From NCBI GenBank assembly GCA_965248575.1, contig CBDFJQ010000002.1, forward strand, positions 3,616,001 to 3,680,000: a DNA stretch of 64,000 bases, read 5' to 3'. Made by a program: the position numbers and the translations under genes. A model generated the notes under the pieces. That model saw nothing but the letters and a program-made list of their open reading frames with translations, ran no database searches and was not told where the DNA came from. Below are positions 29,262 through 38,961 of the stretch, one piece after another; within the stretch, counting starts at the first letter, position 1, and each line of letters starts with the position of its first letter. The DNA is from Planctomycetota bacterium. GTDB lineage: Bacteria > Planctomycetota > B15-G4.

Positions 29262-31796
29262 CTACTGTGAGATCAATCGCAGTTTGTTGGTAGTGCTCCA
29301 ACCACCTAGCGCTGCCGAGTCCTCAATCCAAACTTGCGAAGTGAGCCGCAGCCCGGGTGGCAATGAAGGCCAAGAGAACGAGAGATCAAGCGCACCTTGA
29401 GCATTCGTGGCCGTGGATACCGACAACCCTGTTGGGGCCAGAGCCATCCCTCCTGTCTGGGATAGCAGGTGGCTTGAGAATCCGACGCTGAGAAGCGCTG
29501 GTGCAAAAGGGGCCCCGCCTCGGACGGAAAACCGAGTCGTCGATCCGGGTGTGAGGTCGCCAGCGCCTGAGAGATTGGGTGTGTCGGCGTTGCCCATCAG
29601 TCCTTCCCCGAGGACTCGCCAGGGCGCCACCGGCATGGAGAAACTTGCGGCGACCAGGTCTTCCCCGCCCGCGTAGTCCGGGCCGTACACTCCCCGCGTG
29701 GTGGGAATGCTATCCGATCCCGACTCCATGACCATGTGGAGGTCATGCTTGGCATCCAGCCCGATCTGTGGCCGTGTGTCGCTGCCACCTCCTCCGAAGT
29801 AGGTCGAGTAGACAAGGGACTCGCCGAAGGGGTCTATTTTTGTCAAGTGGGCGTCCGATTTGTTTCCGGTGCCTATGTAGGCCGGTTGAGGTGCATCTGT
29901 TGTCGTTGGGAATCCGCTGCTGTTGGAGTTGCCTGCCACACTGGCGCTTCCAGCTGGATCGACCACGAGGCCATAGAGGAATGTCGACATTCCACAGCAG
30001 GACGACAGCGATCGGGACCACACCAGATCACTTCCGCCTGGAAGGAGCTTTGTTACAAAGCCGCTGTGGAAGTTGCCTCCGGGGGAACCCGTTGTGATAG
30101 GGAAGTCACTCGCGGTGGTCCATCCAGCGACATAGACCGCTCCAGCCGCATCTAGGGCGATCGCGAGCGGGAAGTCCGTGTTCAGGTCTCCACCAAGAAA
30201 GGTTGACCAGATGACCTGCGTTCCCAGCGGATTCAGCTTCGAGATCTGAGCATCGCCCCCGACCGCGCCGGGTCCCATCACTTCCTTGTACGCACCAGGC
30301 GTCGTATGTGTGAATTGGCTGCTAGCACTTCCCGTGAGGTAGATGTTCGAGTCGCCATCGAACGCGATGTCGTTGACGCCCGCAAGAAAGTACGTCTGAA
30401 AGACAAGCTGCGTGCCATCGGCGGTGATGCGCGCCAGGAGTCGATCTCCGACCACGAAGTCGGTATCGATCGCTCCCGGTGTGGCTGGAGGTGTTGCAAT
30501 GGCGGGTTGCCCGAAGATCAGCACATCTCCGTTGGGGAAGAGCGCCAAAGTCCCGTCAGCTTCGTGATCGGGGCCTCCGTAGAACGTTGACCAGACGAAA
30601 TCGCTGCCATCTGGCAGCAGTCGACTGATGAACAGGTCGGACTTGCTGGGGGCGTTCTCGTTCACGGTGTCGAGGCTGCCGGGCGAGATCGGGAAGTCTG
30701 GCGACCACGTGGTTCCGTAAAGCACGGCCGTTCCGTCCTCGTCGACGGCGATGCTGGCGATGGCGTCCGATGCGGAGCCGCCGAAGTAGGTGCCCCACTC
30801 CAGGGTGGATCCGTCGGGCGAGAGCTTTCCGGCCCAGGCATCCAGCCCACCGACCTGGACCGTCTGGAAGGCTCCTGGCGTCGTGGGCGCCGTGCCGGTG
30901 TCAGCGACGATATAGACAGAGCCGTCGGCTGCTACGTCCATGTCGCGAAAGGCGTCCTGCCCCGTGCCACCGACATAGGTCGCGTAGACGAGGCTCGGGT
31001 CGAGTACGAAGGCGCGGGACGAGTCTCGCCCAGGGGCCTCGAAGCCAAGGTGCAGACGACCGTCATCCGACTCGGCTAGCTGGAAACGACTCGTAACGGG
31101 GAGGCGCTCACTGGTCGCTGGATCGACTTCCCAAGACTCACCGATGCGCATTTCCACCCGCCCAGCCGAAGTCTCCAATGCGAGCACGGTGTCGCTGAGC
31201 AACTCGGCGGCCGATGCGCCCTCGATCTCCAAAGTCAGCGCGCCGAGGTCTGCGCCAGGTTCAACGTGCAGGTCGTATGCGTACGAGCCGCCACCTGTCC
31301 TGACGACCACGTCGATGCCATCCACGACATCGCGGTAGACCACTCGTTCGAAGCCCGGGACGTTGCGCGTGGAACCGGTGCCCAGCAGGAAGTGATGGGC
31401 AGTCGGGAGCACGCCCTCTCCCGCGAGAGACGGTGCTTCAGGAAAGCGAAGAGTCAGCGGCGGGCCGGGGACGGGTTCTGGCTCTGCGGGTCGCTCGAAG
31501 GGTGGCTCGAGTTCAAAGCCCAACTCTTCGGAGAGCCTGCGTTCGGTACGCCTCGGCATGGGATGCAGCACGAGCCGGTCGTCGAGCAACACGGCTTCGA
31601 TACCGTTCTGACGCGCGAGGAAGCGCACCTCGTCGGACCACTGGCCACGGTTCTCGACGAAGCCGTTCAACGTGGAGATGGCGGGGTGTCGATTCACCTC
31701 GACCGGCGCGGGCTGGATTCGAGCCTCCTGGGCACCCATGGAACTTGCGGCGAACACGAGGGCGAGCGCGGCTGCCGCTGCGTGGATGTGCTGCAT
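29262..31796 (-). CDS. Secreted SBBP-repeat beta-propeller protein with C-terminal beta-sandwich domain
   Basis: Signal peptide, GFVENRGQW, YDLHVEPGAD, LDPSLVYATYVGG and repeated (W/Y)STY/FxGG..D blades. ATG at 31796 with a GAGGGGAAGG RBS. Confidence 0.82.
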   Translation of the reverse strand: MQHIHAAAAALALVFAASSMGAQEARIQPAPVEVNRHPAISTLNGFVENRGQWSDEVRFLARQNGIEAVLLDDRLVLHPMPRRTERRLSEELGFELEPPFERPAEPEPVPGPPLTLRFPEAPSLAGEGVLPTAHHFLLGTGSTRNVPGFERVVYRDVVDGIDVVVRTGGGSYAYDLHVEPGADLGALTLEIEGASAAELLSDTVLALETSAGRVEMRIGESWEVDPATSERLPVTSRFQLAESDDGRLHLGFEAPGRDSSRAFVLDPSLVYATYVGGTGQDAFRDMDVAADGSVYIVADTGTAPTTPGAFQTVQVGGLDAWAGKLSPDGSTLEWGTYFGGSASDAIASIAVDEDGTAVLYGTTWSPDFPISPGSLDTVNENAPSKSDLFISRLLPDGSDFVWSTFYGGPDHEADGTLALFPNGDVLIFGQPAIATPPATPGAIDTDFVVGDRLLARITADGTQLVFQTYFLAGVNDIAFDGDSNIYLTGSASSQFTHTTPGAYKEVMGPGAVGGDAQISKLNPLGTQVIWSTFLGGDLNTDFPLAIALDAAGAVYVAGWTTASDFPITTGSPGGNFHSGFVTKLLPGGSDLVWSRSLSSCCGMSTFLYGLVVDPAGSASVAGNSNSSGFPTTTDAPQPAYIGTGNKSDAHLTKIDPFGESLVYSTYFGGGGSDTRPQIGLDAKHDLHMVMESGSDSIPTTRGVYGPDYAGGEDLVAASFSMPVAPWRVLGEGLMGNADTPNLSGAGDLTPGSTTRFSVRGGAPFAPALLSVGFSSHLLSQTGGMALAPTGLSVSTATNAQGALDLSFSWPSLPPGLRLTSQVWIEDSAALGGWSTTNKLRLISQ

Positions 31797-31993
31797 GGAC
31801 CTTCCCCTCACGAGACGGACCTCTGGTCGCGTGTCCCCTTCTTCCAAAGGTGGACGAGTCATGCCTCAAGCGTACTGCGCTGGAAGGAATTAGGGGTGTG
31901 GCGCCCCCGAATCGGCCTTCCGGAACGCCGCACCGATGGTCCGCTTGCCCTTGGCTTGGGTCAGTCTTTCGACTCAGGACTCATCTGCGGTGC

Positions 31994-33166
31994 CTAGCGC
32001 CGGGACGCAAGGAAGTCCGCCATGCGCCCCAGGCCCTCGGCCAGGACCTCATCGGCAGCAGCGATGGAGAGCCGGATGCAGCGGTCCTCTCCGAAGGCGG
32101 CGCCGGGCACGGCGGCGAAGCGCTTGTGCTCGAGCAGGGCCGCGCAGAGGGCGACGCTGCCGTCGATGTCGCCCGTGTAGTAAGCGTCCACTCGGGGGAA
32201 GACGTAGAACGCTCCGGCCGGTGCTTCCAGGACCACATCGGGCATGGACGCGATGGCGTCCAGGGCGAGGGTGCGGCGGCGCGCGAAGGCGGCCTTCATC
32301 ATCTGGGCGTGGCCGTCGCCCCCTTGCAGCGCGGCCAAGGCAGCGTGCTGGCTGGGGGTGGCGGCGTTGCTGGTGAGGTGGCTCTTCAAGCTGCCGCAAG
32401 CCGCCGCGACCTGGGGAGGCGCGCCCAGGAAGCCGATGCGCCAGCCCGTCATGCTGTGGGACTTGGAGACCCCGTTCACCACCACCGTGCGTTCGGCCAT
32501 GCCCGGCAGCGAGCCGGGGGAGCTGAACTCGCCCTCGTAGACAAAGGGCGAGTAGATCTCGTCCGAGATGAGCAGCAGGTCGTGGTCGCGGCAGACGCCG
32601 GCGATGCCTTCCAGCTCGTCCCGGGAATAGACCAGGCCCGTGGGGTTGCTGGGGCTGTTCACCAGCAGGGCCCGGGTGCGCGGGGTGATGGCGGCGGCGA
32701 GCACGTCCAGGTCCCAGCGGAAGCCGCGCTCGGGGTTGCCCGGCACGGGGACCGGCACCGCGTCCACGGCCTGGCACATGGGGGCGTAGCTGAGCCAGCC
32801 CGGGGCGGGCATGAGCACCTCGTCGCCGGGGTCGCAGGCGGTGGAGATGGCGAGGGCCAGGGCTTCCTTGGCGCCGCTGGTGACGACCACCTGCTGCGGG
32901 CTGAAGCTTGTGCCCGAGACTTGGTTCAGGTGCTCGGCGGCGGCCGCACGCAGCTCGGGGATGCCGGAGGCCGGGGTGTAGCCCACTTGGCCCTTGGCGA
33001 TGAACGCTTGGGCGGCCTCGAGGGCTTCGGGCGGGCTGGGGAAGTCCGGCTGGCCTGCGCCGAGGCTGATGACGTCCTCGCCGGCTTTCCTTAGTTCGCC
33101 GACCCGGGCGTTCAGCTCGAAGACGACGGAGGGCGGGATGGAGGCTGAGCGGGCCGAGATCTGCAT
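31994..33166 (-). CDS. aspC: Class I/II PLP-dependent aminotransferase (aspartate aminotransferase family)
   Basis: LGAGQPDF, GYTPASGIPELR, NSPSNPTG, SDEIY, SKSHSMTGWRIG and GAFYVF. Confidence 0.88.
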   Translation of the reverse strand: MQISARSASIPPSVVFELNARVGELRKAGEDVISLGAGQPDFPSPPEALEAAQAFIAKGQVGYTPASGIPELRAAAAEHLNQVSGTSFSPQQVVVTSGAKEALALAISTACDPGDEVLMPAPGWLSYAPMCQAVDAVPVPVPGNPERGFRWDLDVLAAAITPRTRALLVNSPSNPTGLVYSRDELEGIAGVCRDHDLLLISDEIYSPFVYEGEFSSPGSLPGMAERTVVVNGVSKSHSMTGWRIGFLGAPPQVAAACGSLKSHLTSNAATPSQHAALAALQGGDGHAQMMKAAFARRRTLALDAIASMPDVVLEAPAGAFYVFPRVDAYYTGDIDGSVALCAALLEHKRFAAVPGAAFGEDRCIRLSIAAADEVLAEGLGRMADFLASRR

Positions 33167-33330
33167 GGCGCGAAGATACTCTGGCGGGCCGCCCTGGGTG
33201 AATCTCAATCCTGCCTGCCAGGGCCAGTGAGGCTTGGGCCTTGCGAAGGGGTGGGAACGTTCGGACCCTCTGGGGTCGTCCAAGCCTCAACCCCTCCTCC
33301 GCACCCGCACCGGACCCGAGAACCTCAACG

Positions 33331-35415
33331 ATGGCACGCAAGGATCGCAAGCGTCGGCGCAGTCGCGGCGGATCTCGAGGGAAGCTCAAGGGGCTCGGGG
33401 GTCGTCTGGCCTTGATCGCCGGCCTGCTGCTGGCGATCGGCTACTTCGTGTTCACGAAGACCTTCTTTGACCCCTTCGAGAGCCCGCAACCGGCCTACCA
33501 GCTGCTCGCCCCGCGCAACGTCGACCTCTTCATGCGGCGCGAGGCCTTGGCCTCAGATCTGGTGGAGATCGACGGCTTCCCCGTGCCGCGCGTCTTCGAT
33601 CGCGTGCGGCGCACGGCGGAGTGGAAGGACTTCTCCGAGAGTTCGTTGTGGAGCGAGTTGGCGTGGCCGGGAGAGCTCGAACAGATCGTAGACGACGTGG
33701 CGCCGCAGCTGCGCGACCTGCCCTTCGACCCCGTGGCGGATGTGCTGGGCCAAGAGGTGGTGCTGCTCGGGCGTGGGCTCAAGGATGCAGGTAGCTGGGC
33801 GCTCCTGGGGCGACTGACCAACAAGGCGAAGCTTGCGGTGGAGCTGTTCGGCTTCGAGAGCGCGCTGGAGAGCGCCATGCCTGGCGCCACCCGCGAACGG
33901 GTGGTGGACTCGGACTACCCGGGCGTGGGCTACGAGCGTTTGACGTTGCCCGAGGCATCCTTGGGCGCAGGTGGCGACACCTACTACTACGCCCGGGAGA
34001 CGGACCTGCTCGTGGTGGCCAACGAGGAGTCCTTGATCCGGGACGTGCTGCATCTGGTGCACGGCAGCTCGGAGCATCCGGTCGGGCTTTCGCGCAACTT
34101 CGGCGACCACATGCCGAAGGGGCCCAACAACCCGACCAAGCGCTTCAGCGCGGGCTTCACCATGACGGCGGGCACCTTGCTCGATGCCTGGGGCTTGCAG
34201 CCGGAGACGGAGACGCCCAAGGAGGACGCCCTCGCGAACATCCTGCTGGGCCTGATCAACACGGAGCTGCTCGGCGATGTGGTGGGCCGGGTCGAGCTGG
34301 GCCCGGGCGAGCTGGGCCTTCGTATGCACGGCGAAATCGACGTGGGGCGTGCCTCCAACGACACGGGCGGCCTGCTCGGTCAGCGGGCGTTTCCCGTGCG
34401 CCAGCGCCTGGAAGAGGTGCTCGGCCTGATGCCCGTGGATGTGGCGGCGGTGGTGACCATGGAGGTGGCCCTGGGCCGTTTCCTGACCACGGTCAGCTCG
34501 GGTTTCTCGCCCGATGTGCTGAAGCTGGTGAACACGAGCCTGCGGGAAGTGGCGAGCCTCACGGTGGGTTGGCAGGTGGACACGGTGCCCGAGTTGATCG
34601 CCGAGTTGTCCCGCGCCCTGGGCAATCGCATCACCATGGTGGTGCGTCCCCTGGACCACGAGGTGCCCGAGGGCAGCCAACCCCTGCCGGCCATGGCGTT
34701 CCTTTTGCCCTTGGACGACCCGCAGGCGTGGTCGGCGTTGGAAGACGCCTTCTTGCGTGCGCACGACCTCTTCGGTGTGTCGGCCGACCGCATGAAGCAG
34801 GTTTCGGAAGGTGTCGGTGACCGCAAATGGTTGGGCTTCGTGAACCAGTCCATCGAAGAGCTGGCCTACATCGTGTTGGACCGGGAGACCTTGGCCATCG
34901 CCACCGACAACGACCTGCTGCGGGAGATCGTGCAGGCCTATGTGGGCACGCGGAAGTCGCTGGCTGGGACACCGGAAGTCGCTGGCCTGTTGCGGCAGTT
35001 CGAGGACTCGGGAGTCGATACCGCGCAGGCGAATGCGGCGGCCTGGGTGTCGAGCGACAACCTGATGAAGGTGCTGGAACCCTATGGCGCCTACATCGCC
35101 GACATGGACAGCATCATCGACTTCGGTGCGGAGCGTGTCCGGCAGCGGAGGCAGATGATCAACCGGGATTACCGCCAGTACCAAGGGCAGGACAGCTTGC
35201 CCGAGGACGTGGAAGAGGAGCTGAACGAGAAGCTCGATGCCTTGCTGCAGGCCCAGGAATCCAAGCGCCAAGACGAGCTGATTCCGGTCGAAGCCCAGAA
35301 GTGGTTGGAGGGCTTCGCCTGGCTCCCATTGGTGAAGCAGGGGGCCCTGGCCCTCCGTTTGGGGGACCGCTCCACGGACCTGGAGCTGCACCTCGAGAGC
35401 GTCGGCGGCCGCTGA
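33331..35415 (+). CDS. Membrane-anchored hypothetical protein
   Basis: Basic N-terminus (MARKDRKRRRSR), one TM helix and a ~650-aa soluble domain with typical codon usage. Confidence 0.7.
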   Translation: MARKDRKRRRSRGGSRGKLKGLGGRLALIAGLLLAIGYFVFTKTFFDPFESPQPAYQLLAPRNVDLFMRREALASDLVEIDGFPVPRVFDRVRRTAEWKDFSESSLWSELAWPGELEQIVDDVAPQLRDLPFDPVADVLGQEVVLLGRGLKDAGSWALLGRLTNKAKLAVELFGFESALESAMPGATRERVVDSDYPGVGYERLTLPEASLGAGGDTYYYARETDLLVVANEESLIRDVLHLVHGSSEHPVGLSRNFGDHMPKGPNNPTKRFSAGFTMTAGTLLDAWGLQPETETPKEDALANILLGLINTELLGDVVGRVELGPGELGLRMHGEIDVGRASNDTGGLLGQRAFPVRQRLEEVLGLMPVDVAAVVTMEVALGRFLTTVSSGFSPDVLKLVNTSLREVASLTVGWQVDTVPELIAELSRALGNRITMVVRPLDHEVPEGSQPLPAMAFLLPLDDPQAWSALEDAFLRAHDLFGVSADRMKQVSEGVGDRKWLGFVNQSIEELAYIVLDRETLAIATDNDLLREIVQAYVGTRKSLAGTPEVAGLLRQFEDSGVDTAQANAAAWVSSDNLMKVLEPYGAYIADMDSIIDFGAERVRQRRQMINRDYRQYQGQDSLPEDVEEELNEKLDALLQAQESKRQDELIPVEAQKWLEGFAWLPLVKQGALALRLGDRSTDLELHLESVGGR

Positions 35416-35475
35416 AGAAAAAGCCGGGGGTTGACCGCGGGGGGGCACTTCAGCTGGAATCTGCGCTCCGCCGGT

Positions 35476-35564
35476 GCCCAGATGGTGGAATTGGTAGACA
35501 CGCTAGGTTGAGGGCCTAGTCCGGGTTAAACCGGGTGCAGGTTCGAGCCCTGTTCTGGGCACCA
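35476..35564 (+). tRNA. tRNA-Leu (GAG)
   Basis: GCCCAGA/TCTGGGC acceptor stem, anticodon arm CTAGG-TTGAGGG-CCTAG, long variable arm, GTTCGAG T-loop and encoded CCA. Confidence 0.97.
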
Positions 35565-35626
35565 TTTTCCACCGATCTTCCCTCAACGTGGCCGCTCGCG
35601 GTCATCGGGCGTGTCGCCCCGCCAGT

Positions 35627-35683
35627 GCTGTCCATGGCTGTCCATGGCTGTCCATGGCTGTCCATGGCTGTCCAAGGCTGTCC
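35627..35683. repeat. 10-bp tandem repeat (TCCATGGCTG), about 5.7 copies
   Basis: GCTG-(TCCATGGCTG)x4-TCCAAGGCTG-TCC read directly from the sequence. Confidence 0.95.
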
Positions 35684-35769
35684 CGCGCAGGCACTTGCCG
35701 CGCCGGTTGACGCCCCCGCACGAGTCCCGTGCGCTCCCTGTGTCGGTTTCGAGACGCGGTCCATAGCGC

Positions 35770-35801
35770 TTGACGATCTACGCTTAGTCGAGTAAGTGTA
35801 G
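35770..35801 (+). promoter_or_regulatory. Putative blaI promoter and palindromic operator
   Basis: TTGACG (-35-like) followed by CTACGCTTAGTCGAGTAAGTGTAG (20/24 self-complementary), ~65 bp upstream of the blaI-like gene. Confidence 0.6.
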
Positions 35802-35865
35802 TGTCCTCAGTTGAGCGATTGCCCTGTGCGTTCGCTCCCATGCGCCCTGTCCGGAGCCTGCTCCC

Positions 35866-36318
35866 ATGTCCCAGAGCAACAACATCCCCGACCCCACGGA
35901 GCGCGAGCTCGCCATCCTGAAGGTGTTGTGGTCGGAGGGGGAGGCCAGCGTGCGCCGGGTGTATGAGGTGCTGCGGGAAGAGCTGCCCATCGTGCAGAAC
36001 ACCGTGCAGGCCTTCCTGCGGACCATGGAACAGAAGCGGCTGGTGACGCACCGCGTGGACGGGCGCAGCTTTCTCTATCGTCCTGCGTCCCAGCGGGCGC
36101 CCACGAGCCAGCGCCTGGTGTCGGGCTTGCTGGACCGGGTGTTCGACGGTGCCGTGGACGAGCTGGTGGAGAGCGCGCTCTCGGTCAAGGCGCCCACGGC
36201 CGGCGAGCTGCAGCGCCTCAAGGAGCTTGTGGCACGGATGGAGGGCCGGGCCGAGCCTCCCGAAGACGGCGCTGACACCTCGCCCACGAAGGCCCCGCGC
36301 AAGGGGGCAGGCTCATGA
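35866..36318 (+). CDS. blaI: BlaI/MecI/CopY family transcriptional repressor
   Basis: TERELAILKVLW, SVRRVYE, NTVQAFLRTMEQKRLV and LLDRVFDGA. ATGA overlap with the M56 gene. Confidence 0.88.
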   Translation: MSQSNNIPDPTERELAILKVLWSEGEASVRRVYEVLREELPIVQNTVQAFLRTMEQKRLVTHRVDGRSFLYRPASQRAPTSQRLVSGLLDRVFDGAVDELVESALSVKAPTAGELQRLKELVARMEGRAEPPEDGADTSPTKAPRKGAGS

Positions 36319-38858
36319 ACAACCCCGGCCTCTTTCTCGTGGAGTTGTTCGCGGAGCACGGGCTCGGCCTCTTGTTCGGCAGCACGGCACTCCTGGGCCT
36401 CGGCGCCCTGGCCATGTCCATGCACCAACGGCCGATCCACATTCAGCGCGTGGGCGAGCTGACCCTGCTCGGCGTCATGGTCTGGCTGACCTTGGCCGTC
36501 GTGCCGATGCCGCGCTTCGACTGGTCGTTCACGCCCTTCGAGTCCAACCGCCTGGCCGGTCGGGCAGCAGGAGATCTCTCGGAGTCGGCGCCGGTTTCGC
36601 CCGCCTTGCGCCGTGCCTTGAGTGGGGCCGACGGTCGCCAAGCTGTCGAGCAGCCGCCGCAGGGGTTCAACACGGCGCTCTGGGAGGCTGTCTTCCGCTC
36701 GGATGCCGACGCGGGCACCGACGCGGGCACCGGTGCAGGCACCGGTGCAGGCAACGGTACAGGCAACGGTGTGCGAAAGAGCGCGACGACCGGTCGCGAC
36801 GCGCGTCTCCCTGCAAGGGTCGACGATGCTCGCGAAGCTGTCGCGAAGCCCCGCGCTGCGGCTCTGTTGCCTTCAACTCGCGACCCCGGCGCCACGCCTG
36901 CGTCCATGAGCTGGGTGCAGGGCGTCGGAGCCCAGGAGTCGAACGAGCCCATGCCTGTTGAGGAGGCCGCGCTTGACGAGCTCGGGCTCGATGCCGCCAT
37001 GCACTCGCCTGCAAAGCAAGGTGTGTCGCCCTGGATTCAGGGTGTCGCTTGGGTGCTCTTGGGCGGTTCGGCCACGGCGGCCCTCTACCTGCTGTTGGGT
37101 TTCCTTCGTCTGCGGCGCATCCTGGCGGACGCCACGCCGGCTCCGACCTGGGTGACGCGCCTGTTCCAGCAGGACGCTGGCCTGCCGTCGAGCCGCAAGC
37201 ACAGGCTCCCGCGAGTGGTGGTCAGCACCCAACGCTGCGGGCCCTTCTGCTTCGGCGCCATCCGCCCCACCATCGTGTTGCCCGCCCCGCTCGTCGCCCA
37301 GCGCTCCACGGCCCTGCGTCACGTCTTGCTGCACGAGTTGGCCCACGCCCGACAGGGCGACGGTCGAGGCCAGCTGCTGGTGGCCTTGGCGCTGCCCGTG
37401 CTCTGGATGCACCCGCTGTACTGGTGGATCCGCAAGCGGGTTCGTTTCGCTGCCGAGTTGGTCGCCGACGACCAGGCGGCCGGCGTCGTGCCGCGCGAGC
37501 ACTACGCACGCGAACTCATCGGGCTGGCCGAGACCGGCTGGCCCACCGTGCCGTCGCCCATCGCGGCGCCCACGATCCTTCGCTCACCATCCGAGTTTTC
37601 CAGGAGAATCGAGATGTTGCTTCAACGTTCGGGACGCTTGTCCACCCAGTGCTCCAAGGTGCGCCGCAGCGTGCAGACGGCTGCATCCCTTGGCCTTGTC
37701 GTGTTGGCCACGGGCTTCTTCGGTGCGCCGCCGGCTGAGGGCAAGGCGACGCCCGCTGCCACCCTCGCCAGCCCGGTGCAGGATGCCGGTGAATACGAGC
37801 GGCTCATGGCAGAGAAGGATGCCCTCATGGCGCAGATGCAGGAGATGCGCGCCATGATGGAAGAGATGCGCGCGCAGATGCAGGATCAGCGGGACGCCCA
37901 GAAGGACGCAGAGTTCGCCGAGTTCCGTTCGGCGCAAAGCTCTGCCAAGGCGGCGCTCGAGATCGCTGCCGTGCAGCGCGCCCAAGCGGCGGCGGCCACG
38001 GAGCAGGCGGTCTTGGCGGCGCGCAGCAACGCCCAGTCGCACGAAGCGGCGCTCCGGTTCCTGGAGCGCGGCGGGGCGCAACGAGACGATCGGCGGGTGG
38101 AGGCCGAAGAGGTGCGCCGGGCGCTGGAGCAGCACGTGGATCGCCAGGTGGCGGAAGTCCATGCCCAGAACAAGCAGCTCTCCAAGCTCCGGGAGCAGGG
38201 TGTTTCGGTCCGGGGGCAGTTGGGGCGCTTGCTCCAGGATTCCCAAGCCGTCAACGATGCTCAGGTGGAGGCCTACGCCGAAGCTCGCGGGGATCATCTG
38301 GAGTGGGCTGAGGTGGCGCGCATCGCCCAGGAGGCCGCGGCAGCCGGTGAGATCGAGGACGCCGTGCGCCTGTATCAGGAGCTGGCCGCGACCGAGGGAC
38401 TCTACGTCGCTGGAGGCGCCAATACGGGGGGCTCCATGAGCTGGGCGGACGTGGCCCGTGAGGCGCAGGGGCGTGCCCACTCAGGCGGTGGCAGCGTCTC
38501 GGTGGGTGGTGGCTCGGGTGGCGCTGGCCAGGCCGATCTGCTGCAGATGATGAACGCCGCCATCGAGATGGATGGTGAGCTACGCCTCGCGGAGCTGAAG
38601 CTGCACAACCTCATGGAGCTGGCGGACGATGGCGCGATCTCCATGATCGACGTGGAGGAGCAGCAGGTGCGTTTGCACACCTTGAAGCGCAAGCACGCCA
38701 TGCTCGAGAACATGCTGAAGGCTGAGATGCATGCCACCGAGATGGAGTTGGCCGAGGCCCATGAAGCCCTGGAGCAGTCCGGCGGCGTGGGACGCTCCCA
38801 GCTCGTGCGATTGCAGTCACGGCTCGAGATGCTGGTCGAGGCACTCAGCGGCGGCTAG
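36315..38858 (+). CDS. BlaR1-like M56 metallopeptidase with C-terminal coiled-coil domain
   Basis: GPFCFGAIRPTIVLP, LLHELAH (HExxH), WMHPLYW, ELVADD, YARELI and RRIEML. Adjacent to blaI. Confidence 0.88.
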   Translation: MNNPGLFLVELFAEHGLGLLFGSTALLGLGALAMSMHQRPIHIQRVGELTLLGVMVWLTLAVVPMPRFDWSFTPFESNRLAGRAAGDLSESAPVSPALRRALSGADGRQAVEQPPQGFNTALWEAVFRSDADAGTDAGTGAGTGAGNGTGNGVRKSATTGRDARLPARVDDAREAVAKPRAAALLPSTRDPGATPASMSWVQGVGAQESNEPMPVEEAALDELGLDAAMHSPAKQGVSPWIQGVAWVLLGGSATAALYLLLGFLRLRRILADATPAPTWVTRLFQQDAGLPSSRKHRLPRVVVSTQRCGPFCFGAIRPTIVLPAPLVAQRSTALRHVLLHELAHARQGDGRGQLLVALALPVLWMHPLYWWIRKRVRFAAELVADDQAAGVVPREHYARELIGLAETGWPTVPSPIAAPTILRSPSEFSRRIEMLLQRSGRLSTQCSKVRRSVQTAASLGLVVLATGFFGAPPAEGKATPAATLASPVQDAGEYERLMAEKDALMAQMQEMRAMMEEMRAQMQDQRDAQKDAEFAEFRSAQSSAKAALEIAAVQRAQAAAATEQAVLAARSNAQSHEAALRFLERGGAQRDDRRVEAEEVRRALEQHVDRQVAEVHAQNKQLSKLREQGVSVRGQLGRLLQDSQAVNDAQVEAYAEARGDHLEWAEVARIAQEAAAAGEIEDAVRLYQELAATEGLYVAGGANTGGSMSWADVAREAQGRAHSGGGSVSVGGGSGGAGQADLLQMMNAAIEMDGELRLAELKLHNLMELADDGAISMIDVEEQQVRLHTLKRKHAMLENMLKAEMHATEMELAEAHEALEQSGGVGRSQLVRLQSRLEMLVEALSGG

Positions 38859-38961
38859 CAGCCCGTGAACTGCTGCGCAGGCTTCCAGCTGAAGAGAAGC
38901 GGGTGTCCAGGCCGATGGTGGTCCTGGCCCCGCTTCCTCTTTTGAGGCCTATACTCTTCGC

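Noticed and set aside
35627..35683. Possible CRISPR array
   Set aside because: Contiguous 10-bp units without spacers, and no cas genes in the window.
36315..38858. Beta-lactam resistance locus
   Set aside because: No penicillin-binding sensor domain and no beta-lactamase nearby. The MBL-fold gene at 16.5 kb lacks the HxHxDH motif.
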